A stretch of 64,000 nucleotides of DNA, from NCBI RefSeq assembly GCF_009914755.1, contig NC_060927.1; one strand, 5' to 3'. Of this stretch, positions 27,406 to 38,929 are shown piece by piece. The position numbers and the translations under genes were made by a program. The stretch is from the human T2T-CHM13v2.0 reference genome, Homo sapiens. The notes under the pieces are model-generated. The model did no database searches. It was not told the DNA's origin and saw only the letters and a program-made list of their open reading frames with translations. The stretch's first letter is position 1. Each line of letters begins with the position of its first letter.

Positions 27406-30400
27406 AAACTTCTTCGTGATGTGTGCTTTCAACTCGCGGAGCTGAAGCTTCCTTTCGATAGAGCAGTTTTGTAACTCTCCTTTTGTAGAATTTCCAAGTG
27501 GATATTTAGCGCCGATTGAGGCCTATGGTGGAAAAGGCAATATCTTCATAGAAAAACTAGACAGAATGATTCTCAGAAACTACTTTGTGATGTGTGCCTT
27601 CAACTCACAGAGTTTAACCTTTCTTTTGATAGAGCAGTTTTGAAAAACTCTTTTTGTAGAATCTGCAAGTGTATCTCGGGACTTTTCTGAGGCCATCTTT
27701 GGAAACGGGATTTCTTCATATAAAATTTGAAAGAAGAATCCTCAGAAAATTATTTGTGATCTGTGCATTTAACTCATGGAGTTGAAACTTCCTTTCGATA
27801 GAAGAGTTTTGAAATACTCTTTTTGTAGAATTTCCAAGTGGATTTTTACAGCGGTTTGAGGCCTATGGCAGCAAAAGAAATATCTTCACAGAAAAACTAG
27901 GCAGATTCATTCTCCGAAGCTGTTTTGTGATGCTCGCATTCAGCTGACAGAGTTTAAACTTCCTTTGAGAGAGCAGTTTGGAAACACTCTTTTTGTGGAA
28001 TTTGCAAGTGTATATTTAGAGCGTTTTGAGGCCTACATTGGGAAAGGAAATATCTTCACCTAAAAACTAGACAGAAGTATTGTCAGAAACTTATTTGTGA
28101 TATTTGCATTCAACGCACGGAGTTGAACATTCCTCTTGATGGATCCGTTTTGAAGCACTCTTTTTGTGGAATCTGCAAGTGGATATTTGGACCTCTTTGT
28201 GGCCTTCGTGGGAAACGTGATTTCTTCATTTACAACTAGACAGAAGAATTCTCAGAAACTTCTTTGTGATGTGTACTTTCAACTCACAGAGGTGAAGCTT
28301 CCTTTCAATAGGGCACTTTTGAAACTCAGTTTCTGTAGAATTTCCAGGTGGATATTTAGCGCCGTTTGAGGCCTATGGTGGAAAAGGCAATATCTTCGTA
28401 GAAAAACTAGACAGAATGATTCTCAGAAACAACTTTGTGATGTGTGCGTTCAACTCACGGAGTTAAACCTTTCTTTTGATAGACCAGTTATGAAACACTC
28501 TTTTTGTAGAATCTGCAAGTAAATATTTGGACTTTTTTGAGGCCTTCATTGGAAACGGGATTTCTTCATATAAACCTTGACAGAAGAATTCCCAGAAACT
28601 TCTCTGTGGTGTGTGCATTTAACTCTCAGAGTTCAACCTTCCTTTTGATAGAAGAGTGTTGAAGTATTCTTTCTGTAGAATTTCCAAGTGAATATTTAGA
28701 GCGGTTTCAGGCCTATGTAGAAGAGAAACTATCTTCACAGAAAAACTAGACATAATTGTTCTCTGAAGCTACTTTGTGATGTGCGCATTCAGCTTACAGA
28801 GTTTAACCTTTCTTTGGATAGAGCGGTTTTAAACACTCTTTTTGTGGAATTTGCAGTTCTATATTTAGAGTGCTTTCAGGCCTGTGGTACAAAAGGGAAT
28901 GTCCTCACATAAAATCTAGACAGAAGCATTGTCGGAAACTACTTTGTGATACCTGCCTTCAACTCTCAGAGTTGAATATTCCTCTTGATGGAGCAGTTTT
29001 GAAAAACTCTTTTTGTTGAATCTCCAAGTGGATATTTGGACCTCTTTGTGGCCTTCGTTTGAGACGTGACTGCTTCATACAAAAGTAGACAGAAGAATTC
29101 TCATAAACTTCTTCGTGATGTGTGCTTTCAACTCGCGGAGCTGAAGCTTCCTTTCGATAGAGCAGTTTTGTAACTCTCCTTTTGTAGAATTTCCAAGTGG
29201 ATATTTAGCACCGATTGAGGCCTATGGTGGAAAAGGCAATATCTTCATAGAAAAACTAGACAGAATGATTCTCAGAAACTACTTTGTGATGTGTGCCTTC
29301 AACTCACAGAGTTTAACCTTTCTTTTGATAGAGCAGTTTTGAAAAACTCTTTTTGTAGAATCTGCAAGTGTATCTCGGGACTTTTCTGAGGCCATCTTTG
29401 GAAACGGGATTTCTTCATATAAAATTTGAAAGAAGAATCCTCAGAAAATTATTTGTGATCTGTGCATTTAACTCATGGAGTTGAAACTTCCTTTCGATAG
29501 AAGAGTTTTGAAATACTCTTTTTGTAGAATGTCCAAGTGGATTTTTACAGCGGTTTGAGGCCTATGGCAGCAAAAGAAATATCTTCACAGAAAAACTAGG
29601 CAGATTCATTCTCCGAAGCTGTTTTGTGATGCTCGCATTCAGCTGACAGAGTTTAAACTTCCTTTGAGAGAGCAGTTTGGAAACACTCTTTTTGTGGAAT
29701 TTGCAAGTGTATATTTAGAGCGTTTTGAGGCCTACATTGGGAAAGGAAATATCTTCACCTAAAAACTAGACAGAAGTATTGTCAGAAACTTATTTGTGAT
29801 ATTTGCATTCAACGCACGGAGTTGAACATTCCTCTTGATGGATCCGTTTTGAAGCACTCTTTTTGTGGAATCTGCAAGTGAATATTTGGACCTCTTTGTG
29901 GCCTTCGTGGGAAACGTGATTTCTTCATTTACAACTAGACAGAAGAATTCTCAGAAACTTCTTTGTGATGTGTACTTTCAACTCACAGAGGTGAAGCTTC
30001 CTTTCAATAGGGCACTTTTGAAACTCAGTTTCTGTAGAATTTCCAGGTGGATATTTAGCGCCGTTTGAGGCCTATGGTGGAAAAGGCAATATCTTCGTAG
30101 AAAAACTAGACAGAATGATTCTCAGAAACAACTTTGTGATGTGTGCGTTCAACTCACGGAGTTAAACCTTTCTTTTGATAGACCAGTTATGAAACACTCT
30201 TTTTGTAGAATCTGCAAGTAAATATTTGGACTTTTTTGAGGCCTTCATTGGAAACGGGATTTCTTCATATAAACCTTGACAGAAGAATTCCCAGAAACTT
30301 CTCTGTGGTGTGTGCATTTAACTCTCAGAGTTCAACCTTCCTTTTGATAGAAGAGTGTTGAAGTATTCTTTCTGTAGAATTTCCAAGTGAATATTTAGAG

Positions 30401-33400
30401 CGGTTTCAGGCCTATGTAGAAGAGAAACTATCTTCACAGAAGAACTAGACATAATTGTTCTCTGAAGCTTCTTTGTGATGTGCGCATTCAGCTTACAGAG
30501 TTTAACCTTTCTTTGGATAGAGCGGTTTTAAACACTCTTTTTGTGGAATTTGCAGTTCTATATTTAGAGTGCTTTCAGGCCTGTGGTACAAAAGGGAATG
30601 TCCTCACATAAAATCTAGACAGAAGCATTGTCGGAAACTACTTTGTGATACCTGCCTTCAACTCTCAGAGTTGAATATTCCTCTTGATGGAGCAGTTTTG
30701 AAAAACTCTTTTTGTTGAATCTCCAAGTGCATATTTGGACCTCTTTGTGGCCTTCGTTTGAGACGTGACTGCTTCATACAAAAGTAGACAGAAGAATTCT
30801 CATAAACTTCTTCGTGATGTGTGCTTTCAACTCGCGGAGCTGAAGCTTCCTTTCGATAGAGCAGTTTTGTAACTCTCCTTCTGTAGAATTTCCAAGTGGA
30901 TATTTAGCCCGATTGAGGCCTATGGTGGAAAAGGCAATATCTTCATAGAAAAACTAGACAGAATGATTCTCAGAAACTACTTTGTGATGTGTGCCTTCAA
31001 CTCACAGAGTTTAACCTTTCTTTTGATAGAGCAGTTTTGAAAAACTCTTTTTGTAGAATCTGCAAATGTATCTCGGGACTTTTCTGAGGCCATCTTTGGA
31101 AACGGGATTTCTTCATATAAAATTTGAAAGAAGAATCCTCAGAAAATTATTTGTGATATGTGCATTTAACTCATGGAGTTGAAACTTCCTTTCGATAGAA
31201 GAGTTTTGAAATACTCTTTTTGTAGAATTTCCAAGTGGATTTTTACAGCGGTTTGTGGCCTATGGCAGCAAAAGAAATATCTTCACAGAAAAAATAGGCA
31301 GATTCATTCTCCGAAGCTGTTTTGTGATGCTCGCATTCAGCTGACAGAGTTTAAACTTCCTTTGAGAGAGCAGTTTGGAAACACTCTTTTTGTGGAATTT
31401 GCAAGTGTATATTTAGAGCGTTTTGAGGCCTACAGTAGGAAAGGAAATATCTTCACCTAAAAACTAGACAGAAGTATTGTCAGAAACTTATTTGTGATAT
31501 TTGCATTCAATGCACGGAGTTGAACATTCCTCTTGATGGAGCCGTTTTGAAGCACTCTTTTTGTGGAATCTGCAAGTGGATATTTGGACCTCTTTGTGGC
31601 CTTCGTGGGAAACGTGATTTCTTCATTTACAACTAGACAGAAGAATTCTCAGAAACTTCTTTGTGATGTGTACTTTCAACTCACAGAGTTGAAGCTTCCT
31701 TTCAATAGAGCACTTTTGAAACTCAGTTTCTGTAGAATTTCCAGGTGGATATTTAGCGCCGTTTGAGGCCTATGGTGGAAAAGGCAATATCTTCGTAGAA
31801 AAACTAGACAGAATGATTCTCAGAAACAACTTTGTGATGTGTGCGTTCAACTCACCGAGTTTAACCTTTCTTTTGATAGACCAGTTATGAAACACTCTTT
31901 TTGTAGAATCTGCAAGTAAATATTTGGACTTTTTTGAGGCCTTCATTGGAAACGGGATTTCTTCATATAAACCTTGACAGAAGAATTCCCAGAAACTTCT
32001 CTGTGGTGTGTGCATTTAACTCTCAGAGTTCAACCTTCCTTTTGATAGAAGAGTGTTGAAGTATTCTTTCTGTAGAATTTCCAAGTGAATATTTAGAGCG
32101 GTTTCAGGCCTATGTAGAAGAGAAACTATCTTCACAGAAAAACTATACATAATTGTTCTCTGCAGCTACTTTGTGATGCTCGCATTCAGCTTACAGAGTT
32201 TAACCTTTCTTTGGATAGAGCGGTTTTAAACACTCTTTTTGTGGAATTTGCAGTTCTATATTTAGAGTGCTTTCAGGCCTGTGGTACAAAAGGGAATGTC
32301 CTCACATAAAATCTAGACAGAAGCATTGTCGGAAACTACTTTGTGATACCTGCCCTCAACTCTCAGAGTTGAATATTCCTCTTGATGGAGCAGTTTTGAA
32401 AAACTCTTTTTGTTGAATCTCCAAGTGGATATTTGGACCTCTTTGTGGCCTTCGTTTGAGACGTGACTGCTTTATACAAAAGTAGACAGAAGAATTCTCA
32501 TAAACTTCTTCGTGATGTGTGCTTTCAACTCGCGGAGCTGAAGCTTCCTTTCGATAGAGCAGTTTTGTAACTCTCTTTTTGTAGAATTTCCAAGTGGATA
32601 TTTAGCGCCGTTTGAGGCCTATGGTGGAAAAGGCAATATCTTCATAGAAAAAATAGACAGAATGATTCTCTGAAACTAATTTGTGATGTGTGCCTTCAAC
32701 TCACAGAGTTTAACCTTTCTTTTGATAGAGCAGTTTTGAAAAACTCTTTTTGTAGAATCTGCAAGTGTATCTCGGGACTTTTCTGAGGCCATCTTTGGAA
32801 ACGGGATTTCTTCATATAAAATTTGAAAGAAGAATCCTCAGAAAATTATTTGTGATCTGTGCATTTAACTCATGGAGTTGAAGCTTCCTTTCGATAGAAG
32901 AGTTTTGAAATACTCTTTTTGAAGAATTTCCAAGTGGATTTTTACAGCGGTTTGAGGTCTATGGCAGCAAGAGAAATATCTTCACAGAAAAACTAGGCAG
33001 ATTCATTCTCCGAAGCTGTTTTGTGATGCTCGCATTCAGCTGACAGAGTTTAAACTTCCTTTGAGAGAGCAGTTTGGAAACACTCTTTTTGTGGAATTTG
33101 CAAGTGTATATTTAGAGCGTTTTGAGGCCTACAGTAGGAAAGGAAATATCTTCACCTAAAAACTAGACAGAAGTATTGTCAGAAACTTATTTGTGATATT
33201 TGCATTCAACGCACGGAGTTGAACATTCCTCTTGATGGAGCCGTTTTGAAGCACTCTTTTTGTGGAATCTGCAAGTGGATATTTGGACCTCTTTGTGGCC
33301 TTCGTGGGAAACGTGATTTCTTCATTTACAACTAGACAGAAGAATTCTCAGAAACTTCTTTGTGATGTGTACTTTCAACTCACAGAGTTGAAGCTTCCTT

Positions 33401-36400
33401 TCAATAGAGCACTTTTGAAACTCAGTTTCTGTAGAATTTCCAGGTGGATATTTAGCGCCGTTTGAGGCCTATGGTGGAAAAGGCAATATCTTCGTAGAAA
33501 AACTAGACAGAATGATTCTCAGAAACAACTTTGTGATGTGTGCGTTCAACTCACGGAGTTTAACCTTTCTTTTGATAGACCAGTTATGAAACACTCTTTT
33601 TGTAGAATCTGCAAGTAAATATTTGGACTTTTTTGAGGCCTTCATTGGAAACGGGATTTCTTCATATAAACCTTGACAGAAGAATTCCCAGAAACTTCTC
33701 TGTGGTGTGTGCATTTAACTCTCAGAGTTCAACCTTCCTTTTGATAGAAGAGTGTTGAAGTATTCTTTCTGTAGAATTTCCAAGTGAATATTTAGAGCGC
33801 TTTCAGGCCTATGTAGAAGAGAAACTATCTTCACAGAAAAACTAGACATAATTGTACTCTGAAGCTACTTTGTGATGTGCGCATTCAGCTTAGAGAGTTT
33901 AACCTTTCTTTGGATAGAGCGGTTTTAAACACTCTTTTTGTGGAATTTGCAGTTCTATATTTAGAGTGCTTTCAGGCCTGTGGTACAAAAGGGAATGTCC
34001 TCACATAAAATCTAGACAGAAGCATTGTCGGAAACTACTTTGTGATACCTGCCTTCAACTCTCAGAGTTGAATATTCCTCTTGATGGAGCAGTTTTGAAA
34101 AACTCTTTTTGTTGAATCTCCAAGTGGATATTTGGACCTCTTTGTGGCCTTCGTTTGAGACGTGACTGCTTCATACAAAAGTAGACAGAAGAATTCTCAT
34201 CACCTTCCTCGCGATGTGTGCTTTCAACTCGCGGAGCTGAAGCTTCCTTTCGATAGAGCAGTTTTGTAACTCTCTTTTTGTAGAATTTCCAAGTGGATAT
34301 TTAGCGCCGTTTGAGGCCTATGGTGGAAAAGGCAATATCTTCATAGAAAAACTAGACAGAATGATTCTCAGAAACTACTTTGTGATGTGTGCCTTCAACT
34401 CACAGAGTTTAACCTTTCTTTTGATAGAGCAGTTTTGAAAAACTCTTTTTGTAGAATCTGCAAGTGTATCTCGGGACTTTTGTGAGGCCATCTTTGGAAA
34501 CGGGATTTCTTCATATAAAATTTGAAAGAAGAATCCTCAGAAAATTATTTGTGATCTGTGCATTTAACTCATGGAGTTGAAGCTTCCTTTCGATAGAAGA
34601 GTTTTGAAATACTCATTTGAAGAATTTCCAAGTGGATTTTTACAGCGGTTTGAGGTCTATGGCAGCAAGAGAAATATCTTCACAGAAAAACTAGGCAGAT
34701 TCATTCTCCGAAGCTGTTTTGTGATGCTCGCATTCAGCTGACAGAGTTTAAACTTCCTTTGAGAGAGCAGTTTGGAAACACTCTTTTTGTGGAATTTGCA
34801 AGTGTATATTTAGAGCGTTTTGAGGCCTACAGTAGGAAAGGAAATATCTTCACCTAAAAACTAGACAGAAGTATTGTCAGAAACTTATTTGTGATATTTG
34901 CATTCAACGCACGGAGTTGAACATTCCTCTTGATGGAGCCGTTTTGAAGCACTCTTTTTGTGGAATCTGCAAGTGGATATTTGGACCTCTTTGTGGCCTT
35001 CGTGGGAAACGTGATTTCTTCATTTACAACTAGACAGAAGAATTCTCAGAAACTTCTTTGTGATGTGTACTTTCAACTCACAGAGTTGAAGCTTCCTTTC
35101 AATAGAGCACTTTTGAAACTCAGTTTCTGTAGAATTTCCAGGTGGATATTTAGCGCCGTTTGAGGCCTATGGTGGAAAAGGCAATATCTTCGTAGAAAAA
35201 CTAGACAGAATGATTCTCAGAAACAACTTTGTGATGTGTGCGTTCAACTCACGGAGTTTAACCTTTCTTTTGATAGACCAGTTATGAAACACTCTTTTTG
35301 TAGAATCTGCAAGTAAATATTTGGACTTTTTTGAGGCCTTCATTGGAAACGGGATTTCTTCATATAAACCTTGACAGAAGAATTCCCAGAAACTTCTCTG
35401 TGGTGTGTGCATTTAACTCTCAGAGTTCAACCTTCCTTTTGATAGAAGAGTGTTGAAGTATTCTTTCTGTAGAATTTCCAAGTGAATATTTAGAGCGCTT
35501 TCAGGCCTATGTAGAAGAGAAACTATCTTCACAGAAAAACTAGACATAATTGTACTCTGAAGCTACTTTGTGATGTGCGCATTCAGCTTAGAGAGTTTAA
35601 CCTTTCTTTGGATAGAGCGGTTTTAAACACTCTTTTTGTGGAATTTGCAGTTCTATATTTAGAGTGCTTTCAGGCCTGTGGTACAAAAGGGAATGTCCTC
35701 ACATAAAATCTAGACAGAAGCATTGTCGGAAACTACTTTGTGATACCTGCCTTCAACTCTCAGAGTTGAATATTCCTCTTGATGGAGCAGTTTTGAAAAA
35801 CTCTTTTTGTTGAATCTCCAAGTGGATATTTGGACCTCTTTGTGGCCTTCGTTTGAGACGTGACTGCTTCATACAAAAGTAGACAGAAGAATTCTCATCA
35901 CCTTCCTCGCGATGTGTGCTTTCAACTCGCGGAGCTGAAGCTTCCTTTCGATAGAGCAGTTTTGTAACTCTCTTTTTGTAGAATTTCCAAGTGGATATTT
36001 AGCGCCGTTTGAGGCCTATGGTGGAAAAGGCAATATCTTCATAGAAAAACTAGACAGAATGATTCTCAGAAACTACTTTGTGATGTGTGCCTTCAACTCA
36101 CAGAGTTTAACCTTTCTTTTGATAGAGCAGTTTTGAAAAACTCTTTTTGTAGAATCTGCAAGTGTATCTCGGGACTTTTGTGAGGCCATCTTTGGAAACG
36201 GGATTTCTTCATATAAAATTTGAAAGAAGAATCCTCAGAAAATTATTTGTGATCTGTGCATTTAACTCATGGAGTTGAAGCTTCCTTTCGATAGAAGAGT
36301 TTTGAAATACTCATTTGAAGAATTTCCAAGTGGATTTTTACAGCGGTTTGAGGTCTATGGCAGCAAGAGAAATATCTTCACAGAAAAACTAGGCAGATTC

Positions 36401-38020
36401 ATTCTCCGAAGCTGTTTTGTGATGCTCGCATTCAGCTGACAGAGTTTAAACTTCCTTTGAGAGAGCAGTTTGGAAACACTCTTTTTGTGGAATTTGCAAG
36501 TGTATATTTAGAGCGTTTTGAGGCCTACAGTAGGAAAGGAAATATCTTCACCTAAAAACTAGACAGAAGTATTGTCAGAAACTTATTTGTGATATTTGCA
36601 TTCAACGCACGGAGTTGAACATTCCTCTTGATGGAGCCGTTTTGAAGCACTCTTTTTGTGGAATCTGCAAGTGGATATTTGGACCTCTTTGTGGCCTTCG
36701 TGGGAAACGTGATTTCTTCATTTACAACTAGACAGAAGAATTCTCAGAAACTTCTTTGTGATGTGTACTTTCAACTCACAGAGTTGAAGCTTCCTTTCAA
36801 TAGAGCACTTTTGAAACTCTGTTTCTGTAGAATTTCCAGGTGGATATTTAGCGCCGTTTGAGGCCTATGGTGGAAAAGGCAATATCTTCGTAGAAAAACT
36901 AGACAGAATGATTCTCAGAAACAACTTTGTGATGTGTGCGTTCAACTCACGGAGTTTAACCTTTCTTTTGATAGACCAGTTATGAAACACTCTTTTTGTA
37001 GAATCTGCAAGTAAATATTTGGACTTTTTTGAGGCCTTCATTGGAAACGGGATTTCTTCATATAAACCTTGACAGAAGAATTCCCAGAAACTTCTCTGTG
37101 GTGTGTGCATTTAACTCTCAGAGTTCAACCTTCCTTTTGATAGAAGAGTGTTGAAGTATTCTTTCTGTAGAATTTCCAAGTGAATATTTAGAGCGCTTTC
37201 AGGCCTATGTAGAAGAGAAACTATCTTCACAGAAAAACTAGACATAATTGTACTCTGAAGCTACTTTGTGATGTGCGCATTCAGCTTAGAGAGTTTAACC
37301 TTTCTTTGGATAGAGCGGTTTTAAACACTCTTTTTGTGGAATTTGCAGTTCTATATTTAGAGTGCTTTCAGGCCTGTGGTACAAAAGGGAATGTCCTCAC
37401 ATAAAATCTAGACAGAAGCATTGTCGGAAACTACTTTGTGATACCTGCCTTCAACTCTCAGAGTTGAATATTCCTCTTGATGGAGCAGTTTTGAAAAACT
37501 CTTTTTGTTGAATCTCCAAGTGGATATTTGGACCTCTTTGTGGCCTTCGTTTGAGACGTGACTGCTTCATACAAAAGTAGACAGAAGAATTCTCATCACC
37601 TTCCTCGCGATGTGTGCTTTCAACTCGCGGAGCTGAAGCTTCCTTTCGATAGAGCAGTTTTGTAACTCTCTTTTTGTAGAATTTCCAAGTGGATATTTAG
37701 CGCCGTTTGAGGCCTATGGTGGAAAAGGCAATATCTTCATAGAAAAACTAGACAGAATGATTCTCAGAAACTACTTTGTGATGTGTGCCTTCAACTCACA
37801 GAGTTTAACCTTTCTTTTGATAGAGCAGTTTTGAAAAACTCTTTTTGTAGAATCTGCAAGTGTATCTCGGGACTTTTGTGAGGCCATCTTTGGAAACGGG
37901 ATTTCTTCATATAAAATTTGAAAGAAGAATCCTCAGAAAATTATTTGTGATCTGTGCATTTAACTCATGGAGTTGAAGCTTCCTTTCGATAGAAGAGTTT
38001 TGAAATACTCATTTGAAGAA
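27406..38020 (+). repeat. HOR haplotype domain B (~6.3 copies)
   Basis: Diagnostic alleles: cgcggagctgaagc, tatctcggga, aaatttgaaag, gctcgcattc, ttgagagagc, gtgggaaacg, ctgtggtgtg, gaagtattctttct, gcagttctat, gactgct. Confidence 0.9.
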
Positions 38021-38929
38021 TTTCCAAGTGGATTTTTACAGCGGTTTGAGGTCTATGGCAGCAAAAGAAATATCTTCACAGAAAAACTAGGCAGATTCAT
38101 TCTCCGAAGCTGTTTTGTGATGCTTGCATTCAGCTGACAGAGTTTAAACTTCCTTTGAGAGAGCAGTTTTGAAACACTCTTTTTGTGGAATTTGCAAGTG
38201 TATATTTAGAGCGTTTTGAGGCCTACAGTAGGAAAGGAAATATCTTCACCTAAAAACTAGACAGAAGTATTGTCAGAAATTTATTTGTGATATTTGCATT
38301 CAACGCACGGAGTTGAATATTCCTCTTGATGGAGCCGTTTTGAAGCACTCTTTTTGTGGAATCTGCAAGTGGATATTTGGACCTCTTTGGGGCCTTCGTG
38401 GGAAACGTGATTTCTTCATTTACAACTAGACAGAGGAACTCTCAGAAACTTCTTTGTGATGTGTACTTTCAACTCACAGAGTTGAAGCTTCCTTTCAATA
38501 GAGAACTTTTGAAACTCAGTTTCTGTAGAATTTCCAGGTGGATATTTAGTGCCGTTTGAGGCCTATGGTGGAAAAGGCAATATCTTCGGAGAAAAACTAG
38601 ACAGAATGATTCTCAGAAACAACTTTGTGATGTGTGCGTTCAACTCACGGAGTTTAACCTTTCTTTTGATAGACCAGTTATGAAACACTCTTTTTGTAGA
38701 ATCTGCAAGTAAATATTTGGACTTTTTTGAGGCCTTCATTGGAAACGGGATCTCTTCATATAAACCTTGACAGAAGAATTCCCAGAAACTTCTCTGTGAT
38801 GTGTGTATTTAACTCTCAGAGTTCAACCTTCCTTTTGATAGAAGAGGGTTGAAATATTCTTTTTGTAGAATTTCCAAGTGAATATTTAGGGCGGTTTCAG
38901 GCCTATGTAGAAGAGAAACTATCTTCACA

